DNA of 64,000 nt, taken from IMG/VR virus record IMGVR_UViG_3300031418_000005, positions 1-64,000 of that record, one strand, 5' to 3'. Of the stretch, positions 47,967 through 57,120 are shown one piece after another. A model generated the notes under the pieces. It was not told the origin of the DNA. It did no database searches and saw only the letters and a program-made list of their open reading frames with translations. Source of the stretch: a virus. The position numbers were made by a program, and so were the translations under genes. The first letter of the stretch is position 1. Each line of letters opens with the position of its first letter.

Positions 47967-48568
47967 TAGCGGATTTCCAAAGAAAGGTTTGTAACAATAT
48001 GGCCAGGGTAACGAGTAACTTTACTGGGTTGCTCAATACGGTTCCAGATTTGATACGTCCAACGGTGGGTGTGCAGTTCACCGTCGGGTAAGTGCGTCAG
48101 GCTGACATCGAGGCGGAATTCGTCCCGGTTGATTTCTGGGAAGAAGACATCACCGCCCTCGACAACCAAGTCAAGACGGGACAGATAGACAGTGTGCGCC
48201 ATTGGCAGACACTGATGGTAAATCTCAGCACCCCCGATAACGAACACTTCGTTCAGTCCTTCTTCTTCACACATCTCCAGGGCTGCACCCAGACTGGTTG
48301 CTGCTACCGCGGTGTCAAGCGGTTGCTCAGGACGACGCAGCTTGACCTGTAGGTCGTCCGGGTGACGGGTAACGATAATAAACTTACGCCCCGGCAACGG
48401 TGTAGAGTCGAAACTCTCCCAGGTCTTACGGCCTACGATACAGGTTTTCCCCATGGTCACTTCTTTAAAGTTCCTGAGGTCAGCAGGTAAGCGCCACGGC
48501 AAACTCAATGAGATGGATTTGCCGATGACATTGTTGCGGTCCACTGCCGCGATTAAAGAGATTTTCAT
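47966..48568 (-). CDS. folA: Dihydrofolate reductase
   Basis: ISLIAAVDRNNVIG, LPWRLPADLRNFK, GRKTWES, PLPGR, VIGGAEIY, GDVFFP. Confidence 0.95.
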   Translation of the reverse strand: MKISLIAAVDRNNVIGKSISLSLPWRLPADLRNFKEVTMGKTCIVGRKTWESFDSTPLPGRKFIIVTRHPDDLQVKLRRPEQPLDTAVAATSLGAALEMCEEEGLNEVFVIGGAEIYHQCLPMAHTVYLSRLDLVVEGGDVFFPEINRDEFRLDVSLTHLPDGELHTHRWTYQIWNRIEQPSKVTRYPGHIVTNLSLEIR

Positions 48569-48915
48569 CTCGTTTCCTTATTCAGTTCTTTGATTAACCC
48601 GCGCAAACAACGTATCAGTTGATTACGGCTGAAGGTCCGACGTTGCATCTTGTCTGTAAAGTACGTAAAACGCACCACACGGCCTTGTGCCTCTAACACG
48701 ATGTGTTGCATGGTTGCGCCGGAGAAATCCCCTGTGCAGGTCACAGGGGTCGCCAAACGCAGGGTTAACTCACCAAGCCATTCCGGGTCAGTGAGTTTCT
48801 CCAATGCCACCCGTACATCTTCCAACAGAATGCTGTAGCGATGCACGACATCATCTTCTTTAAACTCCATGTTGACACTACGTGGAGTGAGGCTACCTTT
48901 GTATTGGAATTCCAT
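48565..48915 (-). CDS. Hypothetical protein
   Basis: 116-aa ORF, ATGA overlap with DHFR. Confidence 0.7.
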   Translation of the reverse strand: MEFQYKGSLTPRSVNMEFKEDDVVHRYSILLEDVRVALEKLTDPEWLGELTLRLATPVTCTGDFSGATMQHIVLEAQGRVVRFTYFTDKMQRRTFSRNQLIRCLRGLIKELNKETR

Positions 48916-48924
48916 GCCACCCCC

Positions 48925-49485
48925 TTAGTGCGCAGCGTGTTGTTTACTCCACCAATTCTCATCACCTGGGCGCGTGGCCAGACCGCGTACCTCGGTCAGA
49001 CTGTGGTTGTAGCCACGCATCAGGTCAGGACGTAACTGGCGCTGTTCGATATCCAGCCCACACTCCATCAGTTCGAAGTTATGCGGTTTCATGATAAGGC
49101 GAGTCTGGAAGCCGTCGATTTCTACCGGCACACGTTCTTGTTTGCGGCGGTAGAAGTGTTCAATTTGTGAATAGTCCCGGATATACACTTTAGACATCCG
49201 GGATAAGCCTGCATCCGTTAAGTATTTGTAGAACGGCTGCAGGGCGATGAACTGGTCATACTCGACCCGTTCGAGAATTTCAAAGCGGTAGCTGTCGTAG
49301 TCAAGCAGTGACTTCGCCGAAGCAGCACCGTAGGCGACGTGGACAAAGTTCGCCAGACCCAACATCACAGGGCGAGGGACAGTGATTTCTTCACCGTCAA
49401 TCATCACCAATATCGACACCTCCGAGTTTAACGGGGTGGACTGTGAGCGGATGTCTTTTACGTTAAGCAGGTTAACAAAGTTCAT
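48925..49485 (-). CDS. Hypothetical protein
   Basis: 186 aa, TAAGGAG RBS. Confidence 0.8.
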   Translation of the reverse strand: MNFVNLLNVKDIRSQSTPLNSEVSILVMIDGEEITVPRPVMLGLANFVHVAYGAASAKSLLDYDSYRFEILERVEYDQFIALQPFYKYLTDAGLSRMSKVYIRDYSQIEHFYRRKQERVPVEIDGFQTRLIMKPHNFELMECGLDIEQRQLRPDLMRGYNHSLTEVRGLATRPGDENWWSKQHAAH

Positions 49486-49516
49486 GGTAATACTCCTTAC
49501 TGGTAATGGTCGAAAA

Positions 49517-49540
49517 CATAATGTTACGTCGAAGTGTAAA
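49517..49540 (-). promoter_or_regulatory. TTTAC-N15-TATG promoter-like element
   Basis: TTTACacttcgacgtaacatTATG upstream of the DHFR operon. Confidence 0.7.
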
Positions 49541-49559
49541 AAAGCCGCTTATGCGGCTT
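49538..49559 (-). terminator. Hairpin terminator overlapping a stop codon
   Basis: aagccgc-ttat-gcggctt plus A6. Confidence 0.65.
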
Positions 49560-50205
49560 CTTTCAGAGTGACCGGCAGCATCATACTGTCAACCACGTCG
49601 AGCAGGTCGTCGAGTAGTGTGGAGGCATGTACGGTCACCGACATTTGCTGGTAGCTCTCTAACAGCGTTTGGAGATGTGCTTCTTCACCCAGGCTGCTGA
49701 GGTTACGGCACACAGCCGGGATGGCGCTGCTACCCATTTTCGCAGCGGTAGCTTTCACTGCATCGTTTACCATGTGCACCGCCAGCGCTCTTTCTGCACA
49801 GCTTGGGATAGTTACCGCATAACCAAACACCGCTTCGCAGGTGCCTTCCGCCTGACGCAGATACAGCGGGTTATCAGCATTACCAATCATACCCACCTCT
49901 TCGTGGGTGAAATGGCTACCGCATTGCAGCAAGGTATCGGTACCGAGCTGACCAGCCTTCATGGCTTTCAGCAACGCAGCATATTCCTGGCTCGGAATAA
50001 CTTCGGTGTTAGCCACCGTAAACAGGTTGCTCCCGACTTTCAGCAGGGTCGGCAGATTGTGCGCATCCATACTGGCCAGCCACAGATTGATAGCGTGGAG
50101 TTCCAGCTTCGTGATGGTCATACGGGCTTCGCCTTTGGCAAACTGCAGACGTCCGTTCTCAAGGGCAACAGGGGTAACACCGGCAAACGTTAAGATATTG
50201 TTCAT
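49549..50205 (-). CDS. Hypothetical early protein
   Basis: Start MNNILTF with GAGGA RBS behind an early promoter. Confidence 0.8.
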   Translation of the reverse strand: MNNILTFAGVTPVALENGRLQFAKGEARMTITKLELHAINLWLASMDAHNLPTLLKVGSNLFTVANTEVIPSQEYAALLKAMKAGQLGTDTLLQCGSHFTHEEVGMIGNADNPLYLRQAEGTCEAVFGYAVTIPSCAERALAVHMVNDAVKATAAKMGSSAIPAVCRNLSSLGEEAHLQTLLESYQQMSVTVHASTLLDDLLDVVDSMMLPVTLKEAA

Positions 50206-50252
50206 GATATAATCCTCAATTGGAAGTAAGATAAAAGATTCAGGATAGAATC

Positions 50253-50283
50253 TCACTGAGGTAATATATATCTGAAAACATTT
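50253..50283 (-). promoter_or_regulatory. Early (virion RNAP) promoter
   Basis: AAATGTTTTCAGATATATATTACCTCAGTG with an exact TATATTAC core. Confidence 0.85.
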
Positions 50284-50295
50284 ATAATCCGGGAC

Positions 50296-50334
50296 AAAAA
50301 AAGAAAGGGAAATCCCCCACCGAAGTGGGGGATT
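50296..50334 (-). terminator. cUUCGg terminator
   Basis: aatcccccac-cgaa-gtgggggatt. Confidence 0.9.
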
Positions 50335-50346
50335 ACGCCAGCCTAA

Positions 50347-51606
50347 TTACTTAGACTTTTCGTGCGCAGCAATACCAGCACTGATGTAGCCGTTTACGCC
50401 GCTGATCAGGTTTTTCTGACCAGTCGCGATGCAGCGTTCAGTGTAGGAGATGATCTGGTTACCGACAGTGATAGCACGGCGGGCAACACGGACATTGCTG
50501 GTCAGCTCAGGATTGTCATCGATTTTCACGTTGTCAATACGCTTGAGCAGAGCTTCGATAGCACGTTCGTACTTCTCAACGGCCTGGTTATTTTTGTGGT
50601 ACGCTTTCACGTTTTCTTCCACAGCTTTACCCAGTTGGTTGAAGAAGGCGACCAGAGAGGACAGGGTAGATGCGTTCGGAGTAGAGACCGAGCTTTCCAC
50701 GCTACCTTCAGCTTCGACCACAGTGAAGGACGCATTGACTTCGTCGCCTTCGCCGGTGATTTCTGCTTTACCTACCTGGTTGCCCAGCAGGTCAACCGTG
50801 CCGTTCTTTTTCAGGATGCTGCCGTTAACCGCTTCGGCGAAGCCAGCTTTCAGCTTACCGCCTTCCACGCCTGCAACCAGACCAGTCAGTTTAGACACGG
50901 TCACTTCCTGCGCAGCGTAGATAGCACCGATTTCGCTGGAAACCGCTTTCAGTGCAGCAACGTCGTTACCGACGAATTTGCCGCCTTTGGTCAGCTGCTT
51001 GATGAAGCCACCGGATACGGTGTCTTTCTTCTGCTTGCCGAGGTTGCGGATCGCACCGTCGTACTTCTTAGCACGCGCCTGGATAGATTTACCCTGGTTG
51101 CTGAATTTCAGCCAGCGATCTTTAACTTTACGGCCCTGCTCTTTCAGCCATTCCCAGATACGCTTCAGGAAGGCTTTGATGTCGTCCCACAGGGACTCAC
51201 GAGCAACCTGACGGCGGTTACGAGAACCGTAGCTTTCGCGAGCAACGCTAGTGCGATGATCGAATCCCCAGCGCTTACGGATAGATTCCTGCGCAACGTC
51301 CAGCGCTTCGGCTGCATCGTCAGGCATGTCTTCTTCCGCTTCCATATCAGCATCGTCACCTTCGCCTTCGCCATCGGCAGCAGCCTGTGCAGAATCAACT
51401 GCGTCCAGCTGTGCGTCGGTTTCGTCGCCATCTTCGCTCAGTACGTCCGCTTCCGCGTCCATCTGGTCGATAGGTTTGGTGTCGTGCTCGATATCAGCCA
51501 GAGTACCTTCTACGGACTCAGCTGGCAGTTCGATACCGTCCGGAACGATGGTGCCTGCACCTTCAATCGATTCGCGAGCGGTTTTCTTTTGCGCAAAATT
51601 TGCCAT
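50347..51606 (-). CDS. Abundant internal head (ejection) protein, SPN3US gp54-like paralog
   Basis: Start MANFAQKK; acidic propeptide with ARES/AQES sites, then LWDDIKAFLKRIWEWL; high-expression codon bias. Confidence 0.8.
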   Translation of the reverse strand: MANFAQKKTARESIEGAGTIVPDGIELPAESVEGTLADIEHDTKPIDQMDAEADVLSEDGDETDAQLDAVDSAQAAADGEGEGDDADMEAEEDMPDDAAEALDVAQESIRKRWGFDHRTSVARESYGSRNRRQVARESLWDDIKAFLKRIWEWLKEQGRKVKDRWLKFSNQGKSIQARAKKYDGAIRNLGKQKKDTVSGGFIKQLTKGGKFVGNDVAALKAVSSEIGAIYAAQEVTVSKLTGLVAGVEGGKLKAGFAEAVNGSILKKNGTVDLLGNQVGKAEITGEGDEVNASFTVVEAEGSVESSVSTPNASTLSSLVAFFNQLGKAVEENVKAYHKNNQAVEKYERAIEALLKRIDNVKIDDNPELTSNVRVARRAITVGNQIISYTERCIATGQKNLISGVNGYISAGIAAHEKSK

Positions 51607-51677
51607 CTTCTTTGATCCTCTAGGCGGCACACCTGTACCGCCATTAATGATTTGGAAACCGAGGTTCGGCTATACGA

Positions 51678-52958
51678 TTAAGCTTTAGACTTTTCGTACG
51701 CGCCGATACCAGCACCGATGTAGCCATTCAGGCCGCTGATAACAGTGTTACCAACGTAGTTCACGGCACGGTTCAGGGTCTGGTAGTTCTTAACAGCCTG
51801 GTCAGCTGCAGAACGTGCAGAACGCAGACCTTCCCACTCGGTTTCGTCGTTGGATTTATCCAGCGCAGAAGCCGCTTTCTCAGCTGCCTGCTGCAGCTTC
51901 TCGATTTCGCTGTCGTAGACGCGGAAGTCTTTCAGCACGCCTTCGAAGTTCTTACCGATAGCATCCAGTGCAGACGCAGCAGAAGACAGAGAAGAAGCGT
52001 TAGGTACAGACACTTCTTTCTCATCGCTGCTGTCGCCAGTAGACATGAACGCGATTGCAGTGAAGCTGTGGTCACCCGGCAGTTTCTTAGAACCAGACTG
52101 GATGTAGGCGTTGCCCGGCAGTGCCAGCAGTTTCTGAGATTCACTGTCTTCGAACTGCGGCAGGTTGCGCAGTTTGGTTGCAGTGGTACCGAACAGGGTA
52201 ACAGCTTCGTTGCCTTTCAGAGCAGAGAACGCATCTTTGTCGCCTTTGCTCACAGCAACCGCAGTTTCGTCTGCCTGTTTAGCCAGGGCAGTGATCGCGC
52301 CTTTCACTTTACCGCCGGTCACGTCTTTCGCGATGGCAATAGAGTTAGCAACGTCGAATTTACCTTCGATGGACAGTTTGCTGATAAAGCCGCCAGAGAT
52401 GTTCTCTTTACCGGATTTAATTTTGCCCAGCTTACGGATCGCTTCCTGGTACGCCTTGGCGCGTTTCTGCGCAGACTTACCGACGTTGATGTATTTCAGT
52501 TTCAGATCTTTGATCTTGCCAATCACTTCTTTACAGAATTCGATGAAGCGCTTGTACAGATCTTTCAGGGTTTCTTTCCAGCCTTCCTGCGCGGCTTTGG
52601 TCATGCCACGGCCACGGCGGAAAGATTCGCGTGCCAGTTTGGTGCGATCGATACCCCAACGCTTACGGATAGACTCTTGCGCCACTTCGTGGTGGGCAAT
52701 CGCTTCTTCCGGCATTTCTTCGCCGTTTTCGATGTCGTCGTCAGCAGAGTCAATCGCTGCTTCAGTACGTTCGGTGTCCGCAGCCAGCGTTTCACCGTCA
52801 CCTTCCAGCTGCTCGAGCTGACCATCCATAGAGGCCACTTCGGCCAGCTGGACGTCGATGTTCTCTTCTGCTGGCTCAACGTTGCTGATACCGTCGATTA
52901 CATCGCCTTCGGTCTCAACGGACTCGCGAGCGATTCTGCGTTTTGCAAAGTTTGACAT
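51678..52958 (-). CDS. Abundant internal head (ejection) protein, SPN3US gp53-like paralog
   Basis: Clear paralog of the neighbour (AQESIRKRWG, ISGGFI, NGYI.AGI.A.EKSK). Confidence 0.8.
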   Translation of the reverse strand: MSNFAKRRIARESVETEGDVIDGISNVEPAEENIDVQLAEVASMDGQLEQLEGDGETLAADTERTEAAIDSADDDIENGEEMPEEAIAHHEVAQESIRKRWGIDRTKLARESFRRGRGMTKAAQEGWKETLKDLYKRFIEFCKEVIGKIKDLKLKYINVGKSAQKRAKAYQEAIRKLGKIKSGKENISGGFISKLSIEGKFDVANSIAIAKDVTGGKVKGAITALAKQADETAVAVSKGDKDAFSALKGNEAVTLFGTTATKLRNLPQFEDSESQKLLALPGNAYIQSGSKKLPGDHSFTAIAFMSTGDSSDEKEVSVPNASSLSSAASALDAIGKNFEGVLKDFRVYDSEIEKLQQAAEKAASALDKSNDETEWEGLRSARSAADQAVKNYQTLNRAVNYVGNTVISGLNGYIGAGIGAYEKSKA

Positions 52959-53013
52959 TTCGTTTGTTTCCTTAGGTTATAACCCAATTACACGCCCCTA
53001 GAAAGGGGCCCCC

Positions 53014-53574
53014 TTAGGGACGTGCGATTTTTAAAAACACTGCTAACGATGAAATCATATCAGACAACCCGTTAGGACGTGTCATCCACCGTGCCAGCAG
53101 TTCGTGGTCTGCATAAGATAATAGACGACCATCCGCTTTCCACGTTTGGTGTGCATTACCCATGTTGCGAACTTTACCCGCGCGACCGAACGCAGCCGAA
53201 ATCAAACGGCTGCCCAGTCCACCGGTATGTTCTACAGACTTGGTGTTGTGTACGTCATTCATGTACGACGTCATCAACACCGACCACTGACCGACAGAAG
53301 TCGAACGGCGTTTACCATCCAGCAAGAACGCGACCGTCTCGTTATAGAACGTATTAAACGTAAAACCGACTTGCGGATATTCGTCATATAATACATCCTG
53401 CACGGACGGTGCGCCCAGCATACGAAAATACGGTAATACCACCGCACACGCTTCCAGGGTTTCATGAATCAATTTATCGTCGTGTGTATCGACGGGGTTT
53501 TGGGTCATGATGGCCATGAAGTTTTTAATTTTCTTCTCAGCCAGATTAAAGTGGGGGTTCATTTCTTCAGACAT
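53014..53574 (-). CDS. Putative head protein
   Basis: 186 aa in the head cluster; RWMTRPNGLSDM. Confidence 0.65.
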   Translation of the reverse strand: MSEEMNPHFNLAEKKIKNFMAIMTQNPVDTHDDKLIHETLEACAVVLPYFRMLGAPSVQDVLYDEYPQVGFTFNTFYNETVAFLLDGKRRSTSVGQWSVLMTSYMNDVHNTKSVEHTGGLGSRLISAAFGRAGKVRNMGNAHQTWKADGRLLSYADHELLARWMTRPNGLSDMISSLAVFLKIARP

Positions 53575-53595
53575 GAGGCACTCCTGACGACGGGA

Positions 53596-54531
53596 TTAAT
53601 TCAGCCCGTACTTTTTCTCCAGACGCTCACGTTTGTATTTGAGTTCCATCAAGCGCTTCTCGTGCGCTTCGATGAGCTTCTCAATGTGCGCATCACCCTT
53701 ACCATCCGCTTGCTGCTTTTTATACAACAGAATGCGCAGCTCGGTCGCTTTCGCGGCCTCTACACATTCGTCGTAACGATCCATCTGCCATTCGGCGATG
53801 TTGAGACGCACACGGTAAACCAGCGAGAGCGGGAATGGAACCGAGGACATCCCTAACGGGTCAGTCGTGCTCGAACCGAACTGACGGACCAGGTCGTTAT
53901 AGGTGTCTTCGTCAAAGACCGCTTCCGGGATTTCTGCGTAGTCTGCTTTCAGCTTCGCAATCGGGGTGGCGAGAACACGTACCGCAATACCGAAGGAGAC
54001 CGTACGAGTTTGCAGGTACTGAAGGTCTTTCGGACCGATTCCCTTCACTGCAATGTTCGACCCTTCTACGGAGGCGAGTTCTTCCGCGGTGATGTAGTTC
54101 ACCAAGACGCTGCTGTAACCGGTGAAGAAGTCGATAAGATCGAGTATCTGCAGCACGGTCTGTTTGTTGAACGTCAACGAGGACGTCACCAACGTTTTAC
54201 CGATATCACGGGAGATGCACTGCTCCAGGAACGGGCGCAATTGCAGAACGTTTTCCATGGAGGCAATCACGTATTCGAGCATACTGGCGTTACGCAGCCC
54301 CTTCACGTCCAGACCGGACGAGTGGAGATACTTCACGAGATTCTCGGATAACTCAGCAACCGGTTTAGATTTAAACTGTTTGCCCTGGACTGTCCCCACG
54401 AGTTCCTGCAAGCTTTGGAACTGAGGCAGTAACGCATCACCAATGGCATCGCAGTTGGATGACAGTTGGTTTTTCAAATTCGTGGATTCAAAAGTTGGCA
54501 GCAACATGGCCAACGCATTAGGAATCGACAT
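53596..54531 (-). CDS. Putative inner-body/head protein (phiKZ gp90-like)
   Basis: LLPTFE, AEWQMDRY, C-terminal coiled coil; synteny. Confidence 0.7.
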   Translation of the reverse strand: MSIPNALAMLLPTFESTNLKNQLSSNCDAIGDALLPQFQSLQELVGTVQGKQFKSKPVAELSENLVKYLHSSGLDVKGLRNASMLEYVIASMENVLQLRPFLEQCISRDIGKTLVTSSLTFNKQTVLQILDLIDFFTGYSSVLVNYITAEELASVEGSNIAVKGIGPKDLQYLQTRTVSFGIAVRVLATPIAKLKADYAEIPEAVFDEDTYNDLVRQFGSSTTDPLGMSSVPFPLSLVYRVRLNIAEWQMDRYDECVEAAKATELRILLYKKQQADGKGDAHIEKLIEAHEKRLMELKYKRERLEKKYGLN

Positions 54532-54541
54532 CTTTTACCCC

Positions 54542-55795
54542 TTAAAGAACCGGTTGTGCGCCTGAACGATAGGCTTCGATGATTTTGTTCACATCGCCGC
54601 TACCGGCCTTCGCTTTACTAAAGTCGGACTTGTCCATCTCACGCGGAGAAGCCTGACCACGAGTATAAATGGTGACACGGTTCCAGACGGTATCAACCAC
54701 GACGTAGTACACAGTCAGGGTATCCTGGAATACACGCTGACGGACGTTGAAGTCGTCGAAGTCGCCGCCCAGCTGTGCAGACAGACCGTCGATGGTCTCC
54801 TGAGAAACCACCATCACCGACGAGGCGTTGTTGATGGACGGAGACAGGCTCAGCAGGCCAGACAGCCAGTTGCCGTTTTTCTTCTCCATCATCTTGCGGT
54901 AATAGCCGGACTTATCACGGAAACGGTTTTTACGGTATTCGTCGATAAGGTCGTTACACAGCGCGATATCTTTCGCATACGACAGAGACCCGACCTTGGC
55001 ACGCAGCACACGTTCCCAGAACGTTTTGGTCTGATCGCTGAACGCGATGATGGTTTCGATTTGTTCGGTCGGCAGGGATTTCACCGCCAGGCGTAACTGC
55101 ATTGGCAGCTCTACTTTATTACCGTCACGCTCGAAGGTCACAGAGAACAGCTTACCGTTTGACAGCCCTTCCTGCTCATGCAGTTGTTTCAGGGTGTTCG
55201 ACGGCAGTGTCGCCGCAACCTTACCGTTCTTACCGGAATTATCAATGTTATTCACGGTATGGTTGGTGGTGCGGTTATCCTGGCGATTATCGTGGTGGCT
55301 GGCGTCGATGTTGTTCATCGTGTCACCAACGCTTGAGTAATCGTCGTACTTCGAGTTGTTGCCCTGCATGAAATCGCTACGGCGTCCACCGCGACGAGAC
55401 TCGCCCACCGCGATGGCGGTTTTATCGTATGACGGCAAGCCAAAGCGGGAAGACTCACCGGCGGCAAACTTAGCCAGGCGGGCACCGCTACGGGCAGCAT
55501 TATCCAGCACATTACGCTGGGTGCTAACTTTGTCCAGCGTACCGAGGATATCTACCTCTGGCACACCGACCAGTAACGAGATTGCGGTCAACTGATTAGC
55601 AGCCAGCATGATTTGGAGTTTTTCGAGAATACCCGGAAGATAATCCAGACCCAGTAGGCTTTGCTCAACCAGCGTGATGTGCTCATTGTTGAGGATCGCG
55701 TTGAACTCTTCCGTTGACTCTGCGCGCTGGCGCAGCAAGTCAGGGAATCTCGAGAGAATATTGACCACTGAGGTCTCAATTGTTTTATCTGACAT
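54542..55795 (-). CDS. Putative inner-body/head protein (phiKZ gp89-like)
   Basis: AGES/VGES sites, DLIDEYRK, SINNASS, VTIYTRG; synteny. Confidence 0.7.
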   Translation of the reverse strand: MSDKTIETSVVNILSRFPDLLRQRAESTEEFNAILNNEHITLVEQSLLGLDYLPGILEKLQIMLAANQLTAISLLVGVPEVDILGTLDKVSTQRNVLDNAARSGARLAKFAAGESSRFGLPSYDKTAIAVGESRRGGRRSDFMQGNNSKYDDYSSVGDTMNNIDASHHDNRQDNRTTNHTVNNIDNSGKNGKVAATLPSNTLKQLHEQEGLSNGKLFSVTFERDGNKVELPMQLRLAVKSLPTEQIETIIAFSDQTKTFWERVLRAKVGSLSYAKDIALCNDLIDEYRKNRFRDKSGYYRKMMEKKNGNWLSGLLSLSPSINNASSVMVVSQETIDGLSAQLGGDFDDFNVRQRVFQDTLTVYYVVVDTVWNRVTIYTRGQASPREMDKSDFSKAKAGSGDVNKIIEAYRSGAQPVL

Positions 55796-55821
55796 TTTTT
55801 AGCTAAACTCCGGAGTTAAAG

Positions 55822-57120
55822 ATGAGTAACGAGACTGATAAGAACAATCCGGGGTATGACCCGAATACCGATTTGACCGATGCCGAACTGAACCCCAATA
55901 ACCAGGATGCAGTCCCCTCTGTCGCAGGGTATTTTAACGGGCGTCTAAACAACAATAACCCCACCACCGCGTACGACAAGAACAGCGAGCTGTCCGGGTG
56001 GAACGATCGAATCCGTCTTACAGTAGGTTTGGGTCTAGCTGCGCAGCGTATGACCAACCCCTATATGGGGTTTAACCATATGATGGCGTCTAACCCGACG
56101 CCGGTGAACCGCGAATACGGTGGCGTGACGTTTGTTACCCGACCGGACTTCAACCTCTGTTTCGACAATATTGCAAACTCGCGCAAGATGTCTAACATGG
56201 CGTCCCAGCCTCGGTCCTCACTTGACTATTCCATTCTGGCGGCGTTAGACCCAGATTTCGAGTTAGGCTTTCCTGACCCGCCAATCGTAAACGGTCGACG
56301 CGTCAACCGTCTGGGTACCCCTTTCCTCTCAGAAATCATGTTTGATAATCTGCAGGCATTCATACCATTGCTCAGCACACAATTATTGAGTCTTTCGGGG
56401 ATGCCTGACCAGAGTGTCGATAACTGGATGTCGAACGAAGGGATTATGCGTGAGCAGTGGGGGATGGTGGATTCTACCCACGAAGTTAACAACCAATACA
56501 GCATGTCGATGTCACTGAACAACCCATTCGGGAACCCGGTGATGCGCATGATGGGGATTTGGCTGGAGTACATGTCTGGGATTAAGATGGGCAAGTTCAA
56601 GCCGAAGATGCGTAACTCGATTCAGCGCCGTATCGACTACCAATCCCGTGCTTACGGGTTGCGCTACGATGCCCTGGGGAACATCACCCGTTTCTGGACA
56701 GCGTGTGTGGGTTGGCCCATGAATGACAATGCCGGGCAAATGGCAAACGTCGACAACTCCAAACCACAGATGCAGGACGATACCACCATCAACGTAAACT
56801 GGCAGTTTATCGGTGCCCGTTTCGATGACCCGCTGTACATGGAAATGTTTAACTCCACGGTGGCGATGTTTAACCCGGATATGTTGCCGGAACCGGGCAG
56901 TGTGGCGAGTGGTAACTACGTGCCGATTGGGGCTGACCAGTTAGTGCCGATTGCGCCACAGCTCCTGCCACTGTTCAACTACTACGGCTATCCACACATC
57001 GACTCCTTGCGCCGCAAACTCACCTGGTACGTTTACCAAAGCGACTACCAGCACATTCTCAAGAAGGCAGGTTTGTTGGATAACTCCGGCAACGCCCTCG
57101 TAACGTCGAGTACCTCCTAA
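55822..57120 (+). CDS. Tail tube/baseplate-initiator-like virion protein (phiKZ gp88-like)
   Basis: GVTFVTRPDFNL, FIPLLS..L.SLSG.PD, IDYQSR. Confidence 0.7.
   Translation: MSNETDKNNPGYDPNTDLTDAELNPNNQDAVPSVAGYFNGRLNNNNPTTAYDKNSELSGWNDRIRLTVGLGLAAQRMTNPYMGFNHMMASNPTPVNREYGGVTFVTRPDFNLCFDNIANSRKMSNMASQPRSSLDYSILAALDPDFELGFPDPPIVNGRRVNRLGTPFLSEIMFDNLQAFIPLLSTQLLSLSGMPDQSVDNWMSNEGIMREQWGMVDSTHEVNNQYSMSMSLNNPFGNPVMRMMGIWLEYMSGIKMGKFKPKMRNSIQRRIDYQSRAYGLRYDALGNITRFWTACVGWPMNDNAGQMANVDNSKPQMQDDTTINVNWQFIGARFDDPLYMEMFNSTVAMFNPDMLPEPGSVASGNYVPIGADQLVPIAPQLLPLFNYYGYPHIDSLRRKLTWYVYQSDYQHILKKAGLLDNSGNALVTSSTS

Noticed and set aside
50362-52955. 417-aa and 295-aa plus-strand ORFs antisense to the head-protein pair
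   Set aside because: Same codon-bias shadow effect
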